Assembly: GCA_963752625.1 (NCBI GenBank)
Contig: CAVVYX010000006.1
Location: forward strand, 44,960 to 108,959
Length of the DNA: 64,000 bases
From: Vulcanimicrobiota bacterium
GTDB taxonomy: Bacteria > Vulcanimicrobiota > Vulcanimicrobiia > Vulcanimicrobiales > Vulcanimicrobiaceae
Direction: 5' to 3'
Below the pieces are notes generated by a model, which had not been told where the DNA came from, did not search any database, and worked only from the letters and a program-made list of their open reading frames with translations. Both the position numbers and the translations under genes were made by a program. The stretch's first letter is position 1, and each line of letters starts with the position of its first letter. Below, piece by piece: positions 1 through 8,191 of this stretch.

Positions 1-1
1 G

Positions 2-322
2 AGGCTGCATCCGCGCAAGGACATCCCGCACGTCGCACTGCTGGTCGTCGGAGGTTTGTCGCTCGTCGCGAGCCTGTTCACGCTCGATCAGGTGATCGCG
101 TTTCTAACGGCGGGAATCGTGTTGATCCAAGGCATCGCGCAGATCGTCGCACTGGGCGTCTTACGGGCTCGGCGCGCCGCTGCGCCGTTTCGCATGCCGC
201 TCTATCCGCTGCCTGCCATCGTCGCCTTCGCCGGCTGGGGCCTGGCCTTCGTGGGCTCCGGTGCCGGCGCGATCGCGCTCGGCGTGGGCTGGCTCGCGGC
301 CGGCACGCTCGTGTTTCTGATT
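2..322 (+). CDS. C-terminal end of an APC-superfamily amino-acid permease (5' partial; no stop codon before the next domain)
   Basis: The frame is open from the window edge. RLHPRKDIPHVALLVVGG followed by two hydrophobic helices (AIVAFAGWGLAFVG, ALGVGWLAAGTLVFLIV) looks like the last TM pair of APC permeases. Confidence 0.5.
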
Positions 323-2791
323 GTGGCGCGCAGCCGGCGCTGGTGGCCGTTCGCCGTCGCCGCGGTCGCGGCGTTGGCGCTCGTCGCGCTGCCCCGCGCG
401 AACGCGGCCGCGGCGGGCTGGTCGTCCTGGAACACGGCGCGCGTTGCGTCGGATCGCGGCTATCCCGTCTTCACGGTCGAGGGTCGTCCGTTCTTCGTCT
501 ACGGCGCTGCGTTCTTTTACGAACGCATTCCGCGCGACCGCTGGCGTGAGACGCTACTGGCTTACAAGGGGCTCGGGATCAACACGATCGACCTGTACGT
601 AATTTGGAACTGGCACGAGCCGGCGGAGGGCGTCGCCGACTTCCACGGCTCGACCGACGCGCGGCGCGATCTCTTGGGGTTGCTCGCGCTCACCCACGAG
701 CTCGGGTTCAAGCTAATCCTGCGTCCCGGACCCGTGATCCGCAACGAGTGGCGCAACGGCGGCTATCCGGCCTGGCTGCTCCAGCGCCCCGAATACAATA
801 TGCCGCTGCAAGACGTACTGGCGGGGCGTTACCCCGCCAGCGCGACGTTGCAGAACGCGCACGCCGACAGCGCGGCGGCCGAGTGGCTTGCCAACGCTAC
901 GCATCTGCGCAACGCCGCCGCGTGGCTGCGCGACGCATTGCGTGCCGTGGAGCCGTATTCGAGCGACGTGCTCGCGATCGCGCTCGACGACGATCAGGGC
1001 GCGTACCTCGACAACGACACGTGGCCGGGTAAGCACTGGCGCGACTACATCGGCTGGTTGCGTTTGGTCGTGCAGTCCGTCGCCGGCACGCGAGTTCCGC
1101 TGTTCGTCAATACGTACGAGATGAAGGTGACGGCAGCGTCGCCCGTCTGGGCGTGGGGCAACTGGTACCAGAGCGGCTCGTATCGCATCGGCGCGCACGA
1201 TCTGGCGGATCTCGACTTCGCAACGGGACTCCTCCAGACGCAGCCGCGCCTTCCCGTGATGCAGTCGGAGTTTGCGGCCGGATGGTTCCAAGGCGCCGAC
1301 GAGGGCGCGCCGCGGCCGAGCGACCCCGCCAACACGGCGCTTGCGCTGGGCGAACTGTTGCGCGACGGCGCGCACGGCATGGTGAATTTCCCCGTGCAGG
1401 ACACGATCTATCCGCACGGCTGGGAGGCCCCGTGGGCTAACTGGGCCTACGCATGGGACGCGGCGCTCACGGTCGACCTGCACGCATCGCCGCGCTACGC
1501 ACCGACGCGCGCGTTCGGGGACGTGGTCGCGCGGTACGGCCCGTTGCTCGCGAGAACCCACGTAGCGGCGGATGCGTCGATCGTATGGCCCGCCAGCCTC
1601 TACGTTCCGGGAACCCTGAGCAACGACGATTTTGCAGCGTTGGCGACGGTGACGGTCGCATGGCAGCGCGCCTGCAACGCCCGCGGGTTGAGCTGCACGC
1701 TGGTGGATTTGGCGGCGACGAGCGATCGTGCGCTCCGAACGAGGGCCCTTCTCCTTCCGCTGACGGCGACCGGTGTGGGCCAAGGCCGCATGCAGCCGTG
1801 GGCCGTTACGAGATTACGTCGCCTGCGCGACGCTGGGCGACTGGTAGGAGGTTTGTCGGGCGTCCGACCAGTCGCGCGCGATCGCGCGGTGCCGAACACG
1901 ACGCTGCTGCTGGCCGACGATTCGTCGTACGGCTTCATCATCGCGGTGAACCCGAATCGTTCCGTGCGGCGAGTCGCGATGGGCACGGTTCGGTTGGCGC
2001 ATCGGCGGGTGAAGGTCGCGCAGTTCTACGTCGCTGCGGGCGGTGCACGTGTGGTAGCGGTCGGAGCGACGGCCCCCGCGGCGAACCTCGGACCGTCGCC
2101 GGCGCGCGCAACGCCGCCGCCGTTTGCGGACCCGGGCGGCACCAAGATCGCGAATGCGAGTCTGCACATCGTGTTCGCGCCGTTCGCGGGCGCGCGCATC
2201 GCGAGGCTCGGCGACGGGCACGGCAACGCGGCGACGGGCATCGGCCTCCTGCGCGACGCGACCGATCCCCAACCGCCCGTATCGCCGCGCGACTTCATTG
2301 CCGGATACACGCATCCGCTGCCGGCGGGGACTTTCAACCGCGCGTACTCTTGCGACCGCATGGATCTCGGAATGACCGCGCACGCGACGTGTTCGTATGA
2401 CGCGCCCGATCTGCCGCGCGGCGGCGCGACCTTCAAGCGAACGCTGACGTTGAATGCGACGAGCAGCGAGCTGATCGTCGGCGAGGAGTTTGCGCCACAC
2501 GACGCGCGCTCGACGGCTCGGCTTGAGAGCATTTCGGGTTTTGCGTTAGCCTCGGGGGATCGTGTGCTCACCGCTTCGCAAAGGGACGCCGTTGGAATTC
2601 TGCACGGGGCGCGACTGGTGCGGTTACGCTGGCGTCCCACCGACGTAACGCGTGTCGACCTGCGGCAGACGCGCGGCGCCGAGCTCGTGACGCTGATCTT
2701 CGCGCGCCGATCGGTGCAAATAGGCCTGGGCGTCTATCACGTCGGCGGGGTGGCCGAGGCGCAGCACCTACTCGACGCGAAACAGCCGTAG
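323..2791 (+). CDS. Secreted GH35-like glycoside hydrolase (beta-galactosidase family) with a C-terminal beta-rich region
   Basis: An in-frame GTG at 323 gives a signal-peptide-like ARSRRWWPFAVAAVAALALVALPRANA. GINTIDLYVIWNWHEP, RPGPVIRNEWRNGGYPAWL and MQSEFAAGWF resemble GH35 TIM-barrel motifs. Confidence 0.7.
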   Translation: MARSRRWWPFAVAAVAALALVALPRANAAAAGWSSWNTARVASDRGYPVFTVEGRPFFVYGAAFFYERIPRDRWRETLLAYKGLGINTIDLYVIWNWHEPAEGVADFHGSTDARRDLLGLLALTHELGFKLILRPGPVIRNEWRNGGYPAWLLQRPEYNMPLQDVLAGRYPASATLQNAHADSAAAEWLANATHLRNAAAWLRDALRAVEPYSSDVLAIALDDDQGAYLDNDTWPGKHWRDYIGWLRLVVQSVAGTRVPLFVNTYEMKVTAASPVWAWGNWYQSGSYRIGAHDLADLDFATGLLQTQPRLPVMQSEFAAGWFQGADEGAPRPSDPANTALALGELLRDGAHGMVNFPVQDTIYPHGWEAPWANWAYAWDAALTVDLHASPRYAPTRAFGDVVARYGPLLARTHVAADASIVWPASLYVPGTLSNDDFAALATVTVAWQRACNARGLSCTLVDLAATSDRALRTRALLLPLTATGVGQGRMQPWAVTRLRRLRDAGRLVGGLSGVRPVARDRAVPNTTLLLADDSSYGFIIAVNPNRSVRRVAMGTVRLAHRRVKVAQFYVAAGGARVVAVGATAPAANLGPSPARATPPPFADPGGTKIANASLHIVFAPFAGARIARLGDGHGNAATGIGLLRDATDPQPPVSPRDFIAGYTHPLPAGTFNRAYSCDRMDLGMTAHATCSYDAPDLPRGGATFKRTLTLNATSSELIVGEEFAPHDARSTARLESISGFALASGDRVLTASQRDAVGILHGARLVRLRWRPTDVTRVDLRQTRGAELVTLIFARRSVQIGLGVYHVGGVAEAQHLLDAKQP

Positions 2792-2797
2792 CTCCGC

Positions 2798-2878
2798 GGG
2801 GAAGTGGCGGAATGGCAGACGCAGCCGCCTCAAAAGCGGCCGAGGCAACTCATGTGGGTTCGACTCCCACCTTCCCCA
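2798..2878 (+). tRNA. tRNA-Leu(CAA), type II with a variable arm, no encoded CCA
   Basis: Acceptor GGGGAAG/CTTCCCC, anticodon stem GCCGC/GCGGC with loop CTCAAAA, T arm GTGGG-TTCGACT-CCCAC, discriminator A. Confidence 0.9.
2859..2878 (+). repeat. att core copy 1 (TTCGACTCCCACCTTCCCCA), the 3' end of tRNA-Leu
   Basis: The exact 20-mer is present three times in direct orientation (2859, 7673, 9636). Confidence 0.9.
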
Positions 2879-2983
2879 TGAGATTTGAGCGCAAAAGCGA
2901 GTTCAAAATGAGGTCATTGGTAACGGATTGGTAACGCGATGGACTGGAAAAGCCTTGGTCGTCACAAATAGTGATCAGGCTCC

Positions 2984-3000
2984 TCAGCAGCGTCTGCTGA
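2984..3000. promoter_or_regulatory. Perfect palindrome TCAGCAG-CGT-CTGCTGA, 44 nt upstream of the LuxR-type gene
   Basis: 7-bp inverted arms read directly. The function (operator or hairpin) is not established. Confidence 0.3.
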
Positions 3001-3043
3001 CCTCGATCCTTAACAACGTCCTCCGTCGTATGAGGAGCGAACG

Positions 3044-3988
3044 ATGATACGAGCTATCCACCAGCGACTAGTCAGCCGAACTTTTCTGAGATCCTTCATC
3101 CTCATTTTGATAGCACAAATCGTCGTCATTTCCGTCGCGCGGCTTCTGTTGGACTTCAATACCGATCGGTGGATCCGCGACAAAGCCCAACAGGCCATGA
3201 GGATCTCGCAGCAGGCTGCGCTGAGTGCCGATTGGTCAAGGGTCGATAGAATACCCAGAGATCAAGACTCAGAATCACAGCTTGATGATCGATATGGAGA
3301 CATGTTGCTCAAGTTCTCGCGTCGATATTTTTTGCGGAATGAAGGTGTACTCTACCTCGTGGTCATCGATCGGGGCGAAGAATATAACGAATACCCCGGA
3401 ATTCCGATGTCTAATAATGACAGGAAAGCAAACGCATCGGAGCGCGCCGCCTACGTGACGCGGAAGCCAACCTATGCGCCCACTCCCATTACAGATGATA
3501 ACGGGACCTACCTAGCTGGGTACACGCCCATTCTTCGCAAGGGGGTTGTCATCGGGTTGGTCGGGGCGCAGTACGATTCGGCCACACTCGCGGACTTCAA
3601 AGGAATTGTTCAAACAACGTTTTGGCTTTCGATCATCCCGGCGATTCTTGTCTCCCTCGTCGCGGCCTTTGTTCTCGCTTCAACGTTCGTCGAGCCTATA
3701 GACGTTTTGCGCACTATCGAAGAGACCGCTCAGAGCCAGCAGGCGCGCTCACATGCGGAGGAAGGAAGCGATCCATGGCATTTATTGACGGGCCAGGAAA
3801 AGCAGATAGCGGAGCTCTTGCGCCAGGGTCACGAGAGCGCGAAAGAAATCGCCGACGCGCTTTCCCTGACGACAGGAACCGTGTATACGTACCTGAAGCG
3901 GATTAAGGCCAAGACCGGCTGGTCAAAGCAGGGACTCGCCCTGCAAGCGGCAGCGCGGCGAAGTGCCTCGGCGCTCCTAAGCCCGTAG
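3044..3988 (+). CDS. Membrane-anchored one-component regulator: TM, extracytoplasmic Cache-like sensor, TM, LuxR-type HTH
   Basis: GAGGAG RBS 8 nt upstream. Hydrophobic segments FILILIAQIVVISVA and FWLSIIPAILVSLVAAFVLA. C-terminal LTGQEKQIAELLRQGHESAKEIADALSLTTGTVYTYLKRIKAK matches the LuxR/GerE HTH pattern. Confidence 0.75.
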   Translation: MIRAIHQRLVSRTFLRSFILILIAQIVVISVARLLLDFNTDRWIRDKAQQAMRISQQAALSADWSRVDRIPRDQDSESQLDDRYGDMLLKFSRRYFLRNEGVLYLVVIDRGEEYNEYPGIPMSNNDRKANASERAAYVTRKPTYAPTPITDDNGTYLAGYTPILRKGVVIGLVGAQYDSATLADFKGIVQTTFWLSIIPAILVSLVAAFVLASTFVEPIDVLRTIEETAQSQQARSHAEEGSDPWHLLTGQEKQIAELLRQGHESAKEIADALSLTTGTVYTYLKRIKAKTGWSKQGLALQAAARRSASALLSP

Positions 3989-4054
3989 AAGGGACTAGAC
4001 GGGCCGAGATATTTGGGACCACAGGTCTCCACCATGTCGAGTGCGGTTTAGGCA

Positions 4055-4201
4055 ATCCGAAACTTTCTCGGGCCTTTGCCGTAGAAAGTCCCGATTTTAG
4101 GACAATCTGCCCCCTTGTAATCCTGATTTTAGGACGAGCCTTGCTCTGTGAGTCCTGGTTTTGGGACCTGCGTTTTCGCAAAAAAGCTCCGAATTGGGGA
4201 C
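4055..4201. promoter_or_regulatory. Phased array of GTCC-N8-GGAC palindromes (three good copies and two degenerate ones)
   Basis: GTCCCGATTTTAGGAC at 4088, ATCCTGATTTTAGGAC at 4120 and GTCCTGGTTTTGGGAC at 4152 give starts exactly 32 bp apart. Weaker copies lie near 4055 and 4186. The array sits between the LuxR gene and the 4291 gene. Confidence 0.55.
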
Positions 4202-4290
4202 GTGTCAGTTTGTTCGCCATCCGCGATGATCGATGGAGTCAGCAACAGTTGACACCGCCTCGGCCGGCGGACCCGGCCGAAAAGGAGATC

Positions 4291-5535
4291 ATGACAATGA
4301 CTACATCGATTAACATCAGCGAAGGCATCCTGACGATCGAGGCGCTCGATGTCACCGACGACTTTACCGTCACCTACATCGACCACCTCGAGCCCGATGC
4401 CAGGGCAGCCGGCGTCCTTAACTGCCTTCAACTGGGGGCACGGGCGCTAACCTTCGCAAGTGACAAGACCGGGGCTTCGCTTTTGGCCGAGACGCTCAAG
4501 AAGGAAGGCGAGAAGGCACAATCCCTCCTTACTCACGTCTCAAAAGCAGCGCAGGACGCAGTTACCAAGTCCTCCGAAAAAATCGAGAGAGTTACCGCTG
4601 ACCTTCTCGACGATTTGAGCAAAGACCTGAGCAAGACACTCGATCCCGCAAATACCGAGTCAATCATTGGAAAACTACGAATAGCTCTCGTTGCCGACGT
4701 TCAGAAAGTCACGGCAAAGGTCCGCCAGGACCTCGACTTGGCAAATCCTCACAGTCCCCTGTCGGCGCTACGTGCCGAACTTGAGAAGAGTGAAGAGCGC
4801 AGGCACGATGCATTAACGAAACAAGTCTCCGAGTTACTCCAACAATCGGCGGCTAAAGCCGCCGCGACCGCGGAGCGCACAAAGTCAACTCGCAAGGGCG
4901 ACGACCTCGAGATCGCGACCGAGAAGTACCTTACGGCCGAGTCGGTGCCTCGGAAGGATCTCGTTAGCCGGACGAGCTGGGACTTCGGTCTCGACCAAAA
5001 CCGAATCGGCGACTTCGTCATCGAAGTCAACCCTGGAGACGCTCATGACACCCGGATAGTCGTCGAGAGCAAGAACGCCCATAAGGGCAAGACTGAGCTA
5101 GTGCGCGAGCTCGGCAAGGCGATGAAAAATCGGGGAGCCGTCTTCGGCATAGCCGTCGTAACTGACGCGAACGTCATCACTCAGGCGATCTACCCCTTCG
5201 GCGATGACAAACTGATCGTTCGCGTTCCTGCTCTGTCGCCAGACGAATGGGACTTCACCGCTCTCGGCGTTGCGCTGGAGGGCGCTCGCTGGAAAGCGGT
5301 CATGGGCCGCACAACGGCGGGCTCTTTGGACGTGGCTCGTGTGGAATCGGACATAGAAGCTGCGTTTGCAATCGCGAACCGGGTCGCGGAAGTCAAGAAA
5401 AAGGTCACGGCAAGCAAGACCCACCTTGACGGAATCTGGGAGTACTTGGACGACTTCAAGCGAGAACTCGACACGGTGCTGAGCCGCATCAAGAACACGG
5501 TCTCAGAGGCTCGTCACTTCCTTGAGGCAGCATAG
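4291..5535 (+). CDS. Coiled-coil protein with a C-terminal PD-(D/E)xK nuclease-like motif (RmuC-like architecture)
   Basis: AAGGAG RBS then ATG at 4291. A long heptad-like K/E/L/A-rich middle region. C-terminal IGDFVIEV...RIVVESKN fits D-x(n)-E-x-K, followed by AVFGIAVVTD. Confidence 0.6.
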   Translation: MTMTTSINISEGILTIEALDVTDDFTVTYIDHLEPDARAAGVLNCLQLGARALTFASDKTGASLLAETLKKEGEKAQSLLTHVSKAAQDAVTKSSEKIERVTADLLDDLSKDLSKTLDPANTESIIGKLRIALVADVQKVTAKVRQDLDLANPHSPLSALRAELEKSEERRHDALTKQVSELLQQSAAKAAATAERTKSTRKGDDLEIATEKYLTAESVPRKDLVSRTSWDFGLDQNRIGDFVIEVNPGDAHDTRIVVESKNAHKGKTELVRELGKAMKNRGAVFGIAVVTDANVITQAIYPFGDDKLIVRVPALSPDEWDFTALGVALEGARWKAVMGRTTAGSLDVARVESDIEAAFAIANRVAEVKKKVTASKTHLDGIWEYLDDFKRELDTVLSRIKNTVSEARHFLEAA

Positions 5536-5632
5536 CCATGGTGCCGCTCGATTTTAACCTCGCGGGCGGCACTCGCCTAAGGCTCCTCGGGTGCCTCGTG
5601 CGAGCGCCGTGATCCAGGTTCTCCCAAAGCAG

Positions 5633-5662
5633 GGAACGCTCGCTTTAAGTGGCGTTCCTTTT
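5633..5662 (+). terminator. Rho-independent terminator after the 4291..5535 gene
   Basis: GGAACGC-12 nt loop-GCGTTCC followed by TTTT. Confidence 0.6.
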
Positions 5663-5672
5663 GCTTTCGACG

Positions 5673-6290
5673 CTAAGAGACTCGCCTCACTTTTCGGAGT
5701 GCCGGAGCGATTGCGCAATCAATGCGGCTAGCTGCATCGTCTAACATCGACGGGGTTACGTGCGCATAAATGTCGGCGGTCGTCGAGATCGTCGAATGGC
5801 CAAGCGCGCTCGATACGGTTTTGAGGTCGACGCCGGCGGCGAGCGCCATTGACGCGAACGTGTGACGAAGATCGTGTAGGCGCAGGGGCGGAACGCCAGC
5901 GTCACGCAGCGTTCGCATGAAGGCGGTTCCGAATGTGTTGGGGACCCAGGGTTCGCCGGCACGTTCGAAGACGAGCGTGTCGGCGCTCAGACGTCCCAGC
6001 CCCTTAGCCCAAAGCCATTGGGCTCGTTCGGCGCGATGACGTCGGAGCCGATCAACCACAAAGCGGGGCAGGCTGATCGTACGCCGTGATCGCTTCGTTT
6101 TGGGGTCCTTGAATCTTGAGCGCCGATCCACCCGCTCGATCGCGCGTTGCACCGTCAGAAGGGCGCGCTCCAGGTCTACGTCGCCCCCACCGCAGCGCGA
6201 GGAGTTCACCGCGACGCAAGCCCGTTCCAAGGACGCCCCATGGGTGACGGATGGGTGACGGACGACGCCGGATGGTGCAAGGCGCACGAA
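5673..6290 (-). pseudogene. Tyrosine recombinase (phage-type integrase), frameshifted and lacking its N-terminal half
   Basis: Catalytic C-terminus HDLRHTFASMALAAGVDLKTVSSALGHSTISTTADIYAHV. The upstream TGLRRGELLALRWG box is in another frame, with the break in a G-run near 6190. The N-terminal half is absent where the lipoprotein leader begins. Confidence 0.8.
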
Positions 6291-6360
6291 TCAAAGGCGA
6301 ATGGGGCTTCCTGCGGAACTCAACAATCCCGACTCGCTGAATCTTCAGGAGAACACACCT

Positions 6361-7341
6361 ATGCGCATTTCCAAAGCTCCGAGCTTTACTCTGGGGGTAG
6401 CGTTTGGCGTCGCAATGCTGGCCGGTTGTTCCGGCGGCAACTCGCAGACCGCGAGCATCCCGGCCGCACTCAAAGAAACACGTGAACAGAGCTCCGTCAG
6501 TCCCGAAGCCAAAGGCGGACCCCTTATTTTCGTCTCGTTCCCTCAGAGCAATGCCGTGGACATCTTTCTCCAGGCGCGAAAGAACAAAATGGTTGGCCAA
6601 ATCACAGGCCTTTCCCAGCCGGTCGGCCTCGCAACCGATACGTCGGGCAATCTGTACATTGCAAATCAAAGCGGCACAACCGTTCCGGTCTACGCGCCAC
6701 CCTACAAGAATCCGCCCAAGTTAATTCTTGACGACACCGGCTATCTACCGCAAGGGGTAACCGTCTCGCCATCGGGTGTAGTCGCGTTGGCGAATTTCTG
6801 CAACCATTCCGGATGCACAACCGAATATACGATAAGCTTCTACACGCCCAATTCCACAACGCCGTGCGCCAATGTTCCCGTATCGCGAGGGGTATTTGGT
6901 TCTTTGGCATTTGACGACGCGGAAAACGTTTTCATAGCTGGGCAATACGATTCCCAAGCTTTGATCGGCGAAATCAAGGGCGGTTGCAAAGCGAAGACAG
7001 CCAGATTTCTCACAACCAAAAATAGTCTCGGACCCTTCGCCAGCGGCGTACAAATCGACAAGGCGGATCGGATTGCTGTCCTCGGTCTGGATACGTCGAT
7101 TGTGTACACCTACAATCATCCGAAGAATGGTTCTCTCGGCAACCCGGTCTCCACGACTACATTGGGCGGCTCCAGCGGTGCCTTTAGCTTTGTGTTTCTG
7201 GCGTCAGGTCGTGATCTGTACGCCAATATTAACCTGAACAGCGTCAGCCAGTACGACTACCCGACTGGCGGCACGGCGGAACATGCGATTGCGGCTAGCA
7301 GCGCGGGGGGTATTGCCGTAACGCCGCCCCTCATTCCGTAA
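6361..7341 (+). CDS. Lipoprotein, NHL-like beta-propeller repeats (paralog family, copy 1)
   Basis: AGGAG RBS. Signal plus lipobox MRISKAPSFTLGVAFGVAMLAGC. Repeats of the type GNLYIAN. Ends AVTPPLIP like the 8192..9250 protein. Confidence 0.7.
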   Translation: MRISKAPSFTLGVAFGVAMLAGCSGGNSQTASIPAALKETREQSSVSPEAKGGPLIFVSFPQSNAVDIFLQARKNKMVGQITGLSQPVGLATDTSGNLYIANQSGTTVPVYAPPYKNPPKLILDDTGYLPQGVTVSPSGVVALANFCNHSGCTTEYTISFYTPNSTTPCANVPVSRGVFGSLAFDDAENVFIAGQYDSQALIGEIKGGCKAKTARFLTTKNSLGPFASGVQIDKADRIAVLGLDTSIVYTYNHPKNGSLGNPVSTTTLGGSSGAFSFVFLASGRDLYANINLNSVSQYDYPTGGTAEHAIAASSAGGIAVTPPLIP

Positions 7342-7554
7342 GGCCGTTCACGATAGGGAGGTCGGGTGAAATTCACGCGGCCTCTCTAGTCTGACGCTAG
7401 CTCGTCACTCATAGGGCTCTCTTTCTTGCGGCGGCGAACGCCTCGCCAACACGGTCGGCGGCCTCCCTGCTGCATATGCTCCAGTTGTGGGATGGTCTTT
7501 CGAGTCACGCCATAATGGTTCAGAGTGCTCCGACGCTGGGTGACGGAAGCGCCC

Positions 7555-7672
7555 GAATTGGTAACGCCATTGGTAACGGCCTCAGTTTCTTCAGTTTCTT
7601 TGGTTTGCAAAAATAGGCGTTTTTCGAGGAGTGCGCGACGTTCTATTTCTTCGGTTGCGCTTGTAGGCGAGA
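7555..7672. repeat. Element-end block immediately left of att copy 2 (homologous to 9525..9635)
   Basis: Shared strings include GTTTGC(A/G)AAAA(T/C)AGGCG and AGTGCGCGACGTTCTATTTCTTC. Preceded by ATTGGTAAC x2. Confidence 0.6.
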
Positions 7673-7692
7673 TTCGACTCCCACCTTCCCCA
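7673..7692 (+). repeat. att core copy 2 (exact 20-mer of the tRNA-Leu 3' end)
   Basis: Exact match to 2859..2878. There is no 5' tRNA half upstream, so this is a junction remnant and not a tRNA gene. Confidence 0.9.
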
Positions 7693-8191
7693 CCAGATTT
7701 GAACACGAAAATGGGCGAAAAACGGAGTGATTGGTGAGTGATTGGTGACAAGCGCGTTGTCGGATGGCCGCCTGACGATGCGTAGTTAGGCCGACACTCT
7801 TTCAGCCCTGGTGCCCGTGCTGACGTTAGCGAATCGCTCGTCCCGGAACGGCTGTCTTCCAATCTCGAGCTATCGCGCTCTGGGCCTGCGTGAGCGATAT
7901 CCGCCCGCTGCAAACGACATCGTGGAGTTCGTTCTCAACCTCGTCCTTCTGCTTTGCCGCCTCAATAGGCTGCGGCCAGATATTCCGAATGTCCGTAGCG
8001 CTTGAACTCGGCATCGCTTACGTTACACTAATCCTTGCACAGCTAAGGGTATAGGGGCAGTTCGTGCCGCAGGCCTAAAGACCGTTTGCGACGCGAGGTA
8101 GCGCGATCGTTGCGGTCGTCCCCCCGCAAACTTATCAACAGAAAGGAGAGGCCGAGATATTGCAACGCGACCTCCCCATGGTGAACGGCGC

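Larger units (their letters stand above)
2879..7692. mobile_element. Decayed integrative element 1, inserted at tRNA-Leu(CAA)
   Basis: Bounded by att copies 1 and 2. Contains a frameshifted, truncated tyrosine integrase. G+C is visibly lower than the core by eye (not computed). Paired ATTGGTRAC 9-mers lie next to both ends. Confidence 0.6.

Noticed and set aside
713-1783. Long antisense or alternative-frame ORFs throughout the window. Examples: 713..1783(-), 17875..18747(-) upstream of HU, 46390..47505(+), 51420..52760(+), 53917..55230(+), 55176..56612(-), 60030..60896(+).
   Set aside because: They overlap strongly supported genes on the opposite strand or in another frame. Their products are Arg/Pro/Gly/Ala-rich with no motifs. 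This is the usual shadow-ORF effect in high-G+C DNA.
4001-4046. About 45 bp downstream of the LuxR gene (GGCCGAGATATT...CTCCACCATGTCGAGTGCGG) resembles 8149..8190 downstream of the second lipoprotein gene.
   Set aside because: Only a 12-mer is exact and the rest aligns weakly with gaps. That is too little to call a repeat without a proper alignment.
7673-7692. Possibility that the second and third copies of the tRNA-Leu 3' end (7673, 9636) are additional tRNA or tRNA-like genes.
   Set aside because: Only the last 20 nt match. The upstream sequence cannot form a T stem (GCGAGA or TCGAGT instead of GTGGG), an anticodon arm or an acceptor 5' strand.
7386-7913. ORFs 7386..7913(-) and 9388..9702(-), which run through the att repeats and element-end blocks. 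The first includes a stretch (STLNHYGVTRKTIPQLEHMQ) that looked briefly like an excisionase-type HTH.
   Set aside because: The two copies are conserved at nucleotide level but not in a common reading frame. They read straight through the tRNA-derived 20-mer, and no plausible start or RBS was found. At most they are decayed remnants.
7826-8014. 62-aa ORF (MPSSSATDIRNIWPQPIEAAKQKDEVENELHDVV...), considered as a possible antitoxin-like small gene in element 2.
   Set aside because: There is no partner ORF, no clear RBS and no recognisable fold signature. An equally long ORF exists on the opposite strand.
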